Shown: positions 1 to 10,108 of the stretch, piece by piece | Layout of the letters: each line of letters starts with the position of its first letter | Position numbering within the stretch: the stretch's first letter is position 1 | Source: Candidatus Nealsonbacteria bacterium RBG_13_36_15 | Lineage (GTDB): Bacteria; Patescibacteriota; Minisyncoccia; Minisyncoccales; RBG-13-36-15 | Length of the DNA: 35,667 nt | NCBI GenBank assembly: GCA_001819145.1 | Contig: MHLV01000016.1 | Coordinates: forward strand, 6,313 to 41,979 | Direction: 5' to 3' | Made by a program: the position numbers and the translations under genes | The notes under the pieces: generated by a model | What the model was told of the DNA's origin: nothing | What the model saw: the letters and a program-made list of their open reading frames with translations, nothing else | The model's database searches: none

Positions 1-17
1 CAATTTTATTCCCCTTA

Positions 18-830
18 TTGTGGAAAGAGATAAATATTTTACAGGCTGAACTATATTTTTCCAGGGTTCAGACTGAGCAACTTAAAGAAAAGCCAGACCC
101 CAATATGATATTAGGATCTTTGATTAAGGCTAGGAACATTATGCCGGATAATGATAGCTATCGGAGAGCTTTATCTGCGACTGCCCTTAATTTTGCTATT
201 TTAGCAGAACAACAAAAAACACTAACAGACGAATCAAAACAGCAGCTTTTACAAACTGCCGTGGTAGAAGGAGAGATGGCCGTTCGTTTAGCTCCCCATA
301 ATATTTTCAACTGGGAAAATCTCCAGAGAGTTTATAGCACAGTGACCCTTGAAAACCAAGATGATTTACTAATGAACAATGTTTTTCTCCAAGAGATTTC
401 GCTTGATCCTACCAACCCGGGGCACAGAAATGATCTTGGTTTAGCTTATATTAATTTAAGAAACGACACCGAGTTAGCTAAGATAAACTTTCAGAACGCT
501 ATTTCTTTAAAGCCAGATTTTGTTGACGCTCATTATAGCTTAGCCATAATTTATCGGCAAGAAGGGAAAAAAGAAAAGGCCGTGCAGGCGTATGATCAGA
601 CGCTTAGTTTTCTTACTAGCCAAATTTCGTTTTTAGAACCAGTTGTTTCATCAAGAGCAGACCTTCAAAGTAATTTGGACCAACTTAAACAGCTTGAAGC
701 TCAAATAGAATCAGAAAGAGGCGCTCTTTTGCTTGAAATCGAGGAAGAACAACAGCCGGAAATATCGCCCGAAGAGGCAGAGATAAAAAAGACGGAGGAA
801 GAGACAACTCCAATAGAAACAGGGGAATGA
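18..830 (+). CDS. TPR-repeat protein, C-terminal part (probably 5'-truncated by the window edge)
   Basis: 270-aa ORF. TTG at 18 is only a formal start, because the frame stays open back to nt 3. Helical-pair repeats typical of TPR (NDLGLAYINLRNDTELAKINFQNAISLKPDFVDAHYSLAIIYRQEGKKEKAVQAYDQTL). Acidic coiled C-terminal tail. TGA stop at 828-830. Confidence 0.7.
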   Translation: MWKEINILQAELYFSRVQTEQLKEKPDPNMILGSLIKARNIMPDNDSYRRALSATALNFAILAEQQKTLTDESKQQLLQTAVVEGEMAVRLAPHNIFNWENLQRVYSTVTLENQDDLLMNNVFLQEISLDPTNPGHRNDLGLAYINLRNDTELAKINFQNAISLKPDFVDAHYSLAIIYRQEGKKEKAVQAYDQTLSFLTSQISFLEPVVSSRADLQSNLDQLKQLEAQIESERGALLLEIEEEQQPEISPEEAEIKKTEEETTPIETGE

Positions 831-849
831 AGCATGAGAGGACGTAGGA

Positions 850-878
850 TTGACAAAATTTTAAAAATTAAGTAAGAT
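850..878 (+). promoter_or_regulatory. sigma70-like promoter TTGACA-17-TAAGAT upstream of rpoB
   Basis: TTGACA at 850-855, 17-nt AT-rich spacer, TAAGAT at 873-878. Same hexamers and spacing as the groES promoter at 28466-28494. Confidence 0.5.
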
Positions 879-980
879 AGAGAATGGGTTGCCTTTATCA
901 AGAAGGTATTTTTATATATTTTAATTAAAGCCTTCCCAATTGATTTTTATAAAAAACTAAAATTTTAGAAAAATCTCCTA

Positions 981-1011
981 CCCTAAAAAGATTCAATTTA
1001 GGGATTTTTTT
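981..1011 (+). terminator. Intrinsic-terminator-like hairpin plus T-tract inside the rpoB leader (possible attenuator)
   Basis: CCCTAAA (981-987) pairs with TTTAGGG (997-1003) around a 9-nt loop, followed by ATTTTTTTGTATTTT. The stem is only 7 bp with 3 GC pairs, so it is weak. Confidence 0.4.
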
Positions 1012-1034
1012 GTATTTTAATAAATACTTAAACT

Positions 1035-4000
1035 ATGGAAAAAGTCAGAACAAAAAACTTTGGAAAATCAAAAGTTCGGCTTCCTTTAGATTATTTATTG
1101 AAACAACAGCAAGAAAGCTGGAAAAATTTTTACCAGAAAGATTTAAAAGAGCTTTTTGCTGAAACGTCTCCAATCCGAGATTATACCGGTAAGGAATTAG
1201 AATTTTGGTTTTTAGATTATAAATTAGACAAACCAAACTATGAGTCGGATTTAGAAGCGAAGAAAAACAATGATTCCTATTCAGCCTCTCTAAGAGTAAA
1301 AGTTAGGTTGGTTAATTTAAAAACAAAAGAAATTAAAGAACAAGAAATATTTTTAGCTGATTTTCCTCTAATGACAGAACGTGGCACTTTTATTGTTAAT
1401 GGAGTTGAGAGAGTGGTTATTTCACAGCTTATTCGTTCGCCTGGATCCTTTTTTACAATGCAGACTATTGGAGGGAAAAATTACTTTGGAGCAAAAATTA
1501 TTCCAAACAGAGGGGCTTGGCTGGAATTTGAAACAGAAAGCACGGGTTTAATCGGGGTCAAGGTTGATCGAAGGAGAAAGGTGCCAGCCACCATGCTATT
1601 GAGAGTCTTAGGAATAGATAAGGATAGCCAAATAAAAGAGCTTTTCCAAGATGTTGATAATAATCCCGATATTAAACATATTGAAGAAACCTTGAAACAT
1701 GACCAAACTCACAATCAGGCCGAAGCTTTAGTTGAAATTTATAGAAGATTAAGGCCGGGCGATTTAACTACGCCCGACACTGCCCGCGAAATGATTGAGA
1801 ATATGTTCTTTAACTTTGAAAGGTATGACTTGTCTAAGGTGGGCAGGTGGAGAATGTGGCAGAGGCTGCCAGAATTAAAAAAACATAAATTAAACATTAA
1901 AAATCGGAAAGAAAAAAAATCTTTAATTTTAAATCCAGAAGAAGAAATTATTCTTTCAGATAGGGTTTTGAAGCCAGAAGATATTTTGGCCGTTTTGAGA
2001 GAAATTATTCGTTTAAATAATAACCCAGAAGGGAAACCAGATCAGATTGACCATTTAGGTACGAGGAGAGTAAGAGTTTTCTCAGAACTTTTACAGAACA
2101 GATTAAGGGTGGGATTGATGAGGCTGGAAAGAATAATAAAAGACCGGATGTCAACTTTAGATGTTTATACTTTAACCCCGGCTCAACTTATTAACCCAAG
2201 GCCATTTATGGCAGTCGTGAAAGAATTCTTTACTTCAAGCCAAATTGCCCAGTTTATGGATAATGAAAACCCTTTAGCTGAATTAGAACACAAAAGAAGA
2301 CTGTCAGCTACGGGTCCCGGTGGCTTAACCAGAGAACGGGCTGGCTTTGAAGTAAGAGATGTACAGCCCTCTCACTATGGCAGAATTTGCCCTATCCAGA
2401 CTCCAGAAGGACCAAATATTGGTTTAGTTGGACACTTAGCTGCTTTCGCCAGAATTAATCCCTATGGTTTTTTAGAAACTCCCTATTTTAAAGTTAAAAA
2501 TGGCAAAGTTACTTCAGAGGTTTATTATCTTAATGCCTACGAAGAGGAAAAATACAATATAGCTAGTGCCAGCATTCTTCTTGATAAAGAAGGCAACATT
2601 ATACCCGACAACGTGGAAGCAAGGATAAAGGGAGAGCCAGGAAAAATAGAAAAAGAAAAAATTGACTTTGTTGATGTTTCTTCTGAACAATCTATCTCAA
2701 TTGCCACTTCTTGCATTCCCTTTTTACAAAATGATGACGCAAACCGCGCCCTTATGGGTTCAAACATGCAGAGGCAGTCCGTGCCTTTAATAAAGCCTGA
2801 AATTCCCTTAGTATCTACGGGAGTAGAAAGAAATGTAGCTATAGATTCAGGGCAAGAGGCGATAGCCTTAGAAGACGGTATAGTCCAAAAGGCGGATGCC
2901 AATCAAATAGTATTAAAGACCAAAGGCAAAAAACCTGGGATTCAGAAATATGAATTAAGAACTTTTCTTAGAACTAATCAATATACTTGTTTTCACCAAA
3001 AACCAGTAGTTAAAAAAGGAGACAAGGTTAAAAAGGGAGATATTTTGGCTGATGGCGGAGCAATTTCCCAGGGATTTTTAGCTTTAGGACAAAATGTTTT
3101 GGTGGCCTTTGTGCCTTGGCGAGGAAATAATTTTGAAGACGCAATTGCCATTTCTAAAAGATTAGTAAAAGATGATATTTTTACTTCCATTCATATAGAA
3201 GATTTTATTTGCGATGTTCGTGAAACAAAATTGGGTCCAGAAATTACTACAGCTGACATCCCTAACGTTGGAGAAGAAAGACTAAAAGACTTAGACGAAG
3301 AAGGAGTAGTTAGGGTTGGGGCTGAAGTCGGTCCAAATGATATTTTGGTGGGCAAAATTTCTCCTAAAGGAGAAGCCGATTTAACCTCCGAAGAAAGATT
3401 GCTTAGAGTGATTTTTGGGGAAAAAGCCAGAGAAGTAAAAGATACTTCTTTAAGAATGGAGCACGGAAAAAGGGGAAGAGTGGTTGGAGTTAAAGTTTGG
3501 GAGAGAGATAAGGGGGTCAAGTTAGAGCCCGGAGTAATCAAAAGAATTCGGGTAGAGATAGCTGAAATAAGAAAGATCCAAGCTGGCGATAAATTAACTG
3601 GTCGTCACGGCAACAAAGGAGTAGTTTCTATAGTTTTACCTGAAGAAGAGATGCCCTTTTTAGCGGATGGAACTCCGGTAGATATTATTTTGAACCCCTT
3701 GAGCGTTTCTTCAAGGATGAATCTTGGACAGATTTTAGAAACTCATCTTGGCTGGGCAGCCAAGAAACTTGGTTATATTGCCTTATCTCCAGCTCTGGCT
3801 GGGGCAACCGAAGAAGATATTAAAGAAGAGCTAAGAATGGCCGGACTTCCAGAAGACGGAAAAGTAATTTTATTTGACGGAGTGACTGGTGAACCATTTG
3901 AAGATAAGATTACGGTTGGACAAATTTACATGATGAAGTTAATTCATATGGTGGCTGATAAGATTCATATGCGTTCTATCGGCCCCTATTCTTTAATAAC

Positions 4001-4304
4001 TCAACAGCCCTTAGGGGGGAAAGCTCAATTTGGCGGCCAACGCTTTGGCGAGATGGAAGTTTGGGCCTTAGAGGGATACGGAGCAGCTAATATTCTTCAA
4101 GAAGTTTTAACTATTAAATCTGATGATGTGGCAGGCAGGACAGCGACTTACGAATCAATTTTAAAGGGCGAGAAGATAAAAAGTCCAAATGTTCCTGCTT
4201 CTTTTAATCTTTTGGTTAACGAGATGAAGTCTTTAGGATTAAATATTGAAGTAAAAGAAAAACCTAAAGATCCTAAAGATAAAGAACAAAAAAGCAATTT
4301 ATGA
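1035..4304 (+). CDS. rpoB: DNA-directed RNA polymerase subunit beta
   Basis: 1089 aa. Rif-cluster-like region SSQIAQFMDNENPLAELEHKRRLSATGPGGL, plus TGRHGNKGVVS and NLGQILETHLGWAA. Stop overlaps the rpoC start (ATGA at 4301-4304). Confidence 0.98.
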   Translation: MEKVRTKNFGKSKVRLPLDYLLKQQQESWKNFYQKDLKELFAETSPIRDYTGKELEFWFLDYKLDKPNYESDLEAKKNNDSYSASLRVKVRLVNLKTKEIKEQEIFLADFPLMTERGTFIVNGVERVVISQLIRSPGSFFTMQTIGGKNYFGAKIIPNRGAWLEFETESTGLIGVKVDRRRKVPATMLLRVLGIDKDSQIKELFQDVDNNPDIKHIEETLKHDQTHNQAEALVEIYRRLRPGDLTTPDTAREMIENMFFNFERYDLSKVGRWRMWQRLPELKKHKLNIKNRKEKKSLILNPEEEIILSDRVLKPEDILAVLREIIRLNNNPEGKPDQIDHLGTRRVRVFSELLQNRLRVGLMRLERIIKDRMSTLDVYTLTPAQLINPRPFMAVVKEFFTSSQIAQFMDNENPLAELEHKRRLSATGPGGLTRERAGFEVRDVQPSHYGRICPIQTPEGPNIGLVGHLAAFARINPYGFLETPYFKVKNGKVTSEVYYLNAYEEEKYNIASASILLDKEGNIIPDNVEARIKGEPGKIEKEKIDFVDVSSEQSISIATSCIPFLQNDDANRALMGSNMQRQSVPLIKPEIPLVSTGVERNVAIDSGQEAIALEDGIVQKADANQIVLKTKGKKPGIQKYELRTFLRTNQYTCFHQKPVVKKGDKVKKGDILADGGAISQGFLALGQNVLVAFVPWRGNNFEDAIAISKRLVKDDIFTSIHIEDFICDVRETKLGPEITTADIPNVGEERLKDLDEEGVVRVGAEVGPNDILVGKISPKGEADLTSEERLLRVIFGEKAREVKDTSLRMEHGKRGRVVGVKVWERDKGVKLEPGVIKRIRVEIAEIRKIQAGDKLTGRHGNKGVVSIVLPEEEMPFLADGTPVDIILNPLSVSSRMNLGQILETHLGWAAKKLGYIALSPALAGATEEDIKEELRMAGLPEDGKVILFDGVTGEPFEDKITVGQIYMMKLIHMVADKIHMRSIGPYSLITQQPLGGKAQFGGQRFGEMEVWALEGYGAANILQEVLTIKSDDVAGRTATYESILKGEKIKSPNVPASFNLLVNEMKSLGLNIEVKEKPKDPKDKEQKSNL

Positions 4305-7300
4305 GAGTAGCTGACATTGAATCAATTACAATAAAAATAGCCTCACCCGAGGCAATTCTTTCTTGGTCTCACGGAGAAGTGACAAAACCCGAGACCATTA
4401 ATTACAGGACCCAAAGATCGGAAAAAGATGGTCTTTTTTGCGAGAAGATTTTCGGGCCTACCAAAGATTACGAATGTTATTGCGGGAAATATCGAAGAAT
4501 CCGTTACAAGGGGGTTATTTGCGATAAGTGCGGAGTGGAAGTTACAAAATCTCAGGTTAGAAGAGAAAGAATGGGCCACATTAAATTAACCTCGCCAGTT
4601 TCTCATATTTGGTTTTTGAGGGGCGTACCCTCAAGAATTGGGATGGTTTTAGATATTCCTCTCCAACAGGCAGAAAAAGTTATTTATTTTGTAACCTATA
4701 TTGTTACCAAAGTTTCAGAAACAGCTCAAAAGAAAGCTTTAGAAGAGATAGAAAAAGAATATAAAAGGAAGGTTAAAGAAGTAGGGCTTAAAGAAAAGAG
4801 AAAAAAGACAGCCAAATTACTTGAGTTAAAGAAAATGAGAGATGTGGCCAGAGAAGAGGTTCAGAGTATCAAGCCCCTAAAAATTATATCTGAAACTGAA
4901 TATCACCATCTTTCTTTGAAATACGGAGAAGTTTTTGAGGCGGGGACAGGAGCTGAAACTCTAAGAAAAATTTTTGAAGCAATAGACTTAAAGCAAGAGA
5001 TTAAAAAACTGCAAAAAGAAATAGAAAACACTTCGCCAGTTAATCGAAGGAAAGTCCTCAGAAGATTAAAACTTTTCCAGGGGATGCAAGGGGCTGGCAT
5101 TAGACCGGAATGGATGTTTTTGACCGTACTGCCGGTTTTGCCACCGGATTTGCGGCCAATGGTTCAGCTTGACGGGGGAAGATACGCTTCTTCTGATCTT
5201 AACGATCTCTATCGGAGAGTTATTAATAGAGACAACAGATTGAAATATTTACTTGAAGTTTCTGCGCCGGAAGTTATTGTTCGAAATGAAAAAAGAATGT
5301 TACAAGAAGCAGTAGATGCTTTAATTGACAATACTATGAGAAAGGGGACAACCACCCAAGCTACGACCGGGGGAAGAAGGCTTTTGAAATCTTTGGCCGA
5401 TATGTTGAAGGGAAAACAAGGAAGATTCAGGCAGAATCTGTTAGGCAAAAGAGTTGACTATTCAGGAAGGTCGGTTATTGTTGTCGGGCCGAAACTTAAG
5501 CTTTATCAAGTGGGAATACCAAAAAAAATGGCTTTGGAATTATTTAAACCCTTTGTCATCCATAAAATTTTAGAGAGAGAACTGGCCTACAACATCCGAG
5601 GAGCCTCTCGATTGATTGAGCAAGAAATTGATGAAGTTTGGGCGATGTTAGAGGAGGTGGTCAAAAATAAATTAGTTTTACTTAATCGGGCTCCCACCCT
5701 GCACAGATTAGGGATTCAAGCTTTCCAGCCAATATTAATTGAAGGAGAAGCCATTAGGGTTCATCCTTTAGTTTGTAAGGCTTTCAATGCCGATTTCGAC
5801 GGCGACCAAATGGCAGTTCACATTCCGCTTTCTGAAGAAGCTCAGAGAGAAGCCCGGGAAGTAGTTTTTTCTACTGTTAATTTATTAAAATCAGCTACTG
5901 GCACTCCGGTTATCACTCCAACCCAAGATATTATTCTTGGCTGTTTTTGGATTACAAAAATAAAGGAGGGAGCTTTAGGTGAGGGAAAGATATTCGGTTC
6001 TCAAAACGAGGCCATTTTAGCTTATGATACAAAAGTTGTAGATTTAAGAGCGAAAATAAAGGTAAGGTTAGAGAAAGGATTTATAGAAACTTCGGTGGGA
6101 CGAATTCTTTTTAATAGAACCCTGCCGCCGGAAATGTCATTTGTTAACGAAGAAGTAAACGGAAAAAAGTTAGATAAGATAATAGGTTTAATGATTGAAA
6201 AAATAGGACTGCATGACTCCCCGCCATATTTAGACAAGATTAAAGACTTAGGTTTTGAGTTTTCTACTAAGGCTGGCATTTCCTGGGGAATGGATGATTT
6301 AATAGTGCCCAAAGAGAAAGGTCAAATAATTTCTGAGGCCGAAAAGAATATAGAAAAAATTGATAAACACTATAGGAAAGGACTGCTATCTACAGAAGAG
6401 AAATCATTTCAAGTAATTGAGACTTGGCAAAAAGCAAAATTAGAAATTGAAAAATTAGTGCCTAAAACCTTACCACCCCTAGGCCCGATTTCATTAATTA
6501 TTAACTCAGGGGCTAAGGGAAGTTGGGCTCAGCCGATTCAGATGACCGGAATGAAAGGATTGGTTATTAATCCGGCAGGCAAAATTCTTGAGTTGCCCGT
6601 TAAAAGTTCCTATAAAGAAGGATTTGATATTCTGGAGTATTTTATCTCAACTCATGGAGCCAGGAAAGGAACAGCCGATACTGCTTTGAGAACTGCTACA
6701 GCAGGTTACTTAACCCGTCGTCTTGTTGATGTTGCCCACGAAGCGATTATTAATGAAGAAGATTGCCGAGATGATAAAGGGATTATTATCTTTAGACAAG
6801 ATGCAGTTGATCTTGGTCAAAATTTTCTTTTCAAAATTTTAGGAAGAGTAACTCTTGAGGACATAAAAATAAAGAATAAAAAATTCAAAATCAAAAAAGG
6901 AGAAATTATTGATTGGCAAAAAGCCAACCTTATTAAAGATTCTGGCGTTGAGTCAGTAAGAGTTCGTTCTCCCTTGAGTTGTAAATCCTTAAGAGGGATC
7001 TGCAGGTTATGTTATGGCTGGGATTTGGCTCTAAATCAATTAGTTAAAACAGGGGAAGCAGTAGGCATTATTGCTGCTCAAGCAATCGGAGAGCCAGGCA
7101 CTCAATTAACAATGAGAACTTTTCATTTAGGTGGAGTAGTTGGCGAAGGAGATATTACTTTGGGTTTGCCGAGAGTTGAAGAAGTTTTTGAAGCCCGTCC
7201 CCCCTTAAGGAAAGCGGTTATTTCGGGAGCAGAAGGAAGGGTAATAGAGGTTACTCCGGGAAGGGTTGTTAAAATAAGGGAAAACAGCAAAAAACAAACA

Positions 7301-7876
7301 AAAAACGGACAGAGAAAAAAAGAAATCAAAATAACCGAATATGAAATTCCCATGCCCAACCCTATTTTAGTTAGTCCAGGAGATGAGATTAAGCTTGGTC
7401 ATCGGCTTTCTGATGGCAGTATTGACCTAAAAGAGCTTTTTAAATCAACCGGTCAAGAAGAGGCCCAGAGATATATTGTTAAGGAAATTCAAAAAATTTA
7501 TGTTTCTCAAGGAGCAATTATCCATGATAAACACATTGAAATAATAGTTAGGCAGATGTTTTCTCGGGTTAGAATTAAAGAAGAGGGAGATACCCATTTT
7601 ACTTCGGGAGAAGTTGTTGAAAAAGGATGTCTACTTGAAGAAAATTCGAGATTAAAAAAAGAGAAGAAAAAAATAGCCACCTTTCAACTTCTTCTTTTGG
7701 GTATCTCAAAAGTTGCCTTAACTACAGATTCTTTTTTATCGGCGGCCTCATTTCAAGAGACTTCTCGAGTCTTAATCCAAGCGGCACTGGAGGGTAAAAA
7801 AGACGGGTTAAAAGGCCTTAAAGAAAATGTAATTATTGGAAAGCTCATTCCAGCCGGCTCCGGTTTTAGAAAATAA
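4301..7876 (+). CDS. rpoC: DNA-directed RNA polymerase subunit beta'
   Basis: 1191 aa. N-terminal zinc-binding CYCGKYRRIRYKGVICDKCGVEV. Catalytic NADFDGDQMAVH motif. Follows rpoB with a 4-nt overlap. Confidence 0.98.
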   Translation: MRVADIESITIKIASPEAILSWSHGEVTKPETINYRTQRSEKDGLFCEKIFGPTKDYECYCGKYRRIRYKGVICDKCGVEVTKSQVRRERMGHIKLTSPVSHIWFLRGVPSRIGMVLDIPLQQAEKVIYFVTYIVTKVSETAQKKALEEIEKEYKRKVKEVGLKEKRKKTAKLLELKKMRDVAREEVQSIKPLKIISETEYHHLSLKYGEVFEAGTGAETLRKIFEAIDLKQEIKKLQKEIENTSPVNRRKVLRRLKLFQGMQGAGIRPEWMFLTVLPVLPPDLRPMVQLDGGRYASSDLNDLYRRVINRDNRLKYLLEVSAPEVIVRNEKRMLQEAVDALIDNTMRKGTTTQATTGGRRLLKSLADMLKGKQGRFRQNLLGKRVDYSGRSVIVVGPKLKLYQVGIPKKMALELFKPFVIHKILERELAYNIRGASRLIEQEIDEVWAMLEEVVKNKLVLLNRAPTLHRLGIQAFQPILIEGEAIRVHPLVCKAFNADFDGDQMAVHIPLSEEAQREAREVVFSTVNLLKSATGTPVITPTQDIILGCFWITKIKEGALGEGKIFGSQNEAILAYDTKVVDLRAKIKVRLEKGFIETSVGRILFNRTLPPEMSFVNEEVNGKKLDKIIGLMIEKIGLHDSPPYLDKIKDLGFEFSTKAGISWGMDDLIVPKEKGQIISEAEKNIEKIDKHYRKGLLSTEEKSFQVIETWQKAKLEIEKLVPKTLPPLGPISLIINSGAKGSWAQPIQMTGMKGLVINPAGKILELPVKSSYKEGFDILEYFISTHGARKGTADTALRTATAGYLTRRLVDVAHEAIINEEDCRDDKGIIIFRQDAVDLGQNFLFKILGRVTLEDIKIKNKKFKIKKGEIIDWQKANLIKDSGVESVRVRSPLSCKSLRGICRLCYGWDLALNQLVKTGEAVGIIAAQAIGEPGTQLTMRTFHLGGVVGEGDITLGLPRVEEVFEARPPLRKAVISGAEGRVIEVTPGRVVKIRENSKKQTKNGQRKKEIKITEYEIPMPNPILVSPGDEIKLGHRLSDGSIDLKELFKSTGQEEAQRYIVKEIQKIYVSQGAIIHDKHIEIIVRQMFSRVRIKEEGDTHFTSGEVVEKGCLLEENSRLKKEKKKIATFQLLLLGISKVALTTDSFLSAASFQETSRVLIQAALEGKKDGLKGLKENVIIGKLIPAGSGFRK

Positions 7877-7883
7877 CGGAAAA

Positions 7884-7892
7884 TGATATAAT
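7884..7892 (+). promoter_or_regulatory. Extended -10 element (TGATATAAT) 6 nt upstream of the ftsK GTG
   Basis: TG at 7884-7885, TATAAT at 7887-7892, then AGAAGA and GTG at 7899. No clear -35. Confidence 0.35.
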
Positions 7893-7898
7893 AGAAGA

Positions 7899-10088
7899 GT
7901 GAAAAAGAAGAAAAACAAAAATAAATTTAAAAAAAATCAAGAAAAAAGAAAGAACAATAATTCACCAATCCTATCCGAAAAGATTAAACCTCAAGTTGCC
8001 GGAATTTTAATGATTTTGGTGGGAATAATTTCTTTCTTAAGTTTTTTTGACAAGTCTGGAATAGCTGGTAGAATCTTTTTAGATGGATTTAGGTTTTTAA
8101 TTGGCAAAAGCATTTTTTTGCTCCCACCCCTTTTTTTGTTGGGTGGGATTTCTTTTTTAAAAAAGGGGCGGCAAAAGATTTATCTCCCGATATTATTAGG
8201 AATTTTTCTTTTAACATTAGGAGTTTCAGGAATAATATCAACATTTCAATTACTCCAAATAAAAGATACAGTTGGAGGAATAAACCAAGACCAGTTGGTA
8301 ATTGAAAAAGAAGGAGGAATAATAGGCTACTTAATAACCTTGCCATTAGAGAAATTTTTTGGGATTGAGGTTACTTTAATTATAAACTTAGCCGTAATCG
8401 TCATTGGCGGGTTAATATTGATTCAATTTTTGCTGCCAGAGAAAGAGAAGATAACAACCGAAAAAGAACCTTCTAATTCGTTAATTAGAAAGATTTTTGC
8501 TCCTAAATTTAAAATAAAAGAAGTTTCACCCCAGAACGAAGTTTCGGCTTCTTTCCCGGAAGAAAAAAGGAAAGGTCCAGAAATTTTTACTCAACCCCAA
8601 ATTTCAGGAATTCCTCTTGCCAAAGATCTGAAGATTAAGACGATTGAAAAAAATAATAAAATAGCCTACCAAAAACCCCCATTAGACCTGTTGGAGCCTG
8701 ATCGGGGAAAACCCAACTCCGGAGACATTAAGGCCAATTCAGTAATCATTAAAAGAACCCTCCAGAATTTTGGCATTTTAGTTGAAATGTCTGAAATAAA
8801 CATTGGTCCGACCGTAACTCAATATACTTTAAAGCCAGCTGAAGGAATAAAACTTTCTCGGATTACAGCTTTGAACAATGACCTATCTTTAGCTTTGGCC
8901 GCTCACCCAATTAGGATAGAAGCTCCTATTCCTGGCCGGCCTTTAGTGGGGATTGAAGTGCCCAATAAAATAAGAGCCGAAGTTAGATTAAGGAACTTAA
9001 TTTCTCATCAAGTTTTTCAGAACTCTCCCGCTGATCTTCTTTTAGCTTTAGGTAGAGACGTTGCCGGTAGCCATGTCTTTGCTGATTTAGCTCGAATGCC
9101 CCACTTATTAGTTGCTGGCGCAACAGGCGCTGGTAAAACAATTTGTCTCAATAATTTAATCTTGAGTCTTTTATACCGTAACCCGCCAGAAATTTTAAAG
9201 TTTATTTTAGTTGATCCAAAAAGAGTAGAATTCCCTGTTTATAATCAACTCCCTCATCTTTTAACCCCGGTGATTTTTAACGTTAGCCAAACTGTCAATG
9301 CTTTAAAATGGTTAATTGGTGAAATGGAGAGAAGGTTTGATGTCTTATCTGAAGCCAAAGCTAGAGATATTGCAGCTTTTAATGAAACGAGAGAAGAAAA
9401 AGATCAAACCATGCCTTATATTGTTTTAATTATCGACGAGTTGGCAGACTTGATGGCAGCTCGTAGCAGAGAAATTGAAGCTGGTATCGTTAGAATAGCT
9501 CAGATGGCCAGAGCGGTTGGCATTCACTTGGTAGTAGCTACCCAAAGGCCCTCGGTTGAGGTAATTACCGGATTAATTAAAGCAAACATAACTTCAAGAA
9601 TTACTTTTCAAGTGGCTTCTCAAGTTGACTCAAGAACGGTTTTAGATATGGCCGGGGCCGAAAAATTATTAGGATCAGGCGATATGCTTTATATTTCTTC
9701 TGATATTTCAAAACCAAAAAGAATCCAAGCAGCTTATACTTCAGAAAAAGAGGTAAGAAGGGTCGTTAATTGGATTAAAAAAATAGAGAAACCAACAGAA
9801 CAAACAACAGAGGATTTAAGCGAGAGTTTAGAAAAGACTTTAACTTTAACCGAAGAAACCACAGAGAGTTTTTTTGAGGGAGGAGATGATCCTTTATTTG
9901 AAGAAGCGAAAAAGGTGGTTATTGAATCAAAAAAAGCTTCGGCCTCCCTTCTTCAGCGAAGATTAAGAGTCGGGTATGCCAGGGCAGCTAGATTAATTGA
10001 TATGTTAGAAGAGAAAGGAATTGTTGGCCCAGGAGAAGGAGCTAAGCCTCGTGAGGTTTATTTTGGAACCGAAGGGGGAAAGGAATAA
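7899..10088 (+). CDS. ftsK: DNA translocase FtsK/SpoIIIE
   Basis: 729 aa. Lys-rich N-terminus, then several TM helices. Walker A GATGAGKT, Walker B LIIDELADL. C-terminal gamma winged helix ASASLLQRRLRVGYARAARLIDMLEEKGIVGP. The GTG start is taken from the ORF track and is uncertain. Confidence 0.92.
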   Translation: MKKKKNKNKFKKNQEKRKNNNSPILSEKIKPQVAGILMILVGIISFLSFFDKSGIAGRIFLDGFRFLIGKSIFLLPPLFLLGGISFLKKGRQKIYLPILLGIFLLTLGVSGIISTFQLLQIKDTVGGINQDQLVIEKEGGIIGYLITLPLEKFFGIEVTLIINLAVIVIGGLILIQFLLPEKEKITTEKEPSNSLIRKIFAPKFKIKEVSPQNEVSASFPEEKRKGPEIFTQPQISGIPLAKDLKIKTIEKNNKIAYQKPPLDLLEPDRGKPNSGDIKANSVIIKRTLQNFGILVEMSEINIGPTVTQYTLKPAEGIKLSRITALNNDLSLALAAHPIRIEAPIPGRPLVGIEVPNKIRAEVRLRNLISHQVFQNSPADLLLALGRDVAGSHVFADLARMPHLLVAGATGAGKTICLNNLILSLLYRNPPEILKFILVDPKRVEFPVYNQLPHLLTPVIFNVSQTVNALKWLIGEMERRFDVLSEAKARDIAAFNETREEKDQTMPYIVLIIDELADLMAARSREIEAGIVRIAQMARAVGIHLVVATQRPSVEVITGLIKANITSRITFQVASQVDSRTVLDMAGAEKLLGSGDMLYISSDISKPKRIQAAYTSEKEVRRVVNWIKKIEKPTEQTTEDLSESLEKTLTLTEETTESFFEGGDDPLFEEAKKVVIESKKASASLLQRRLRVGYARAARLIDMLEEKGIVGPGEGAKPREVYFGTEGGKE

Positions 10089-10108
10089 TTTTAACTAAAA
10101 TTATATAT

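Noticed and set aside
2537-3541. Antisense ORFs inside rpoB (2537-2902, 2993-3190, 3191-3541), and similar ones inside rpoC (4343-4579, 4903-5100, 5209-5448, 6022-6312, 7123-7359).
   Set aside because: They lie entirely within, and opposite to, strongly supported core genes. Their products are low-complexity and S/L/P-rich, as is typical of shadow frames. They have no independent signals.
7899-7965. The A-rich run encoding the poly-Lys N-terminus of FtsK, as a possible slippery or phase-variable tract.
   Set aside because: The A-runs are interrupted (the longest is about 8 nt), and Lys-rich N-termini are common in this proteome. There is no evidence of frameshifting in the sequence.
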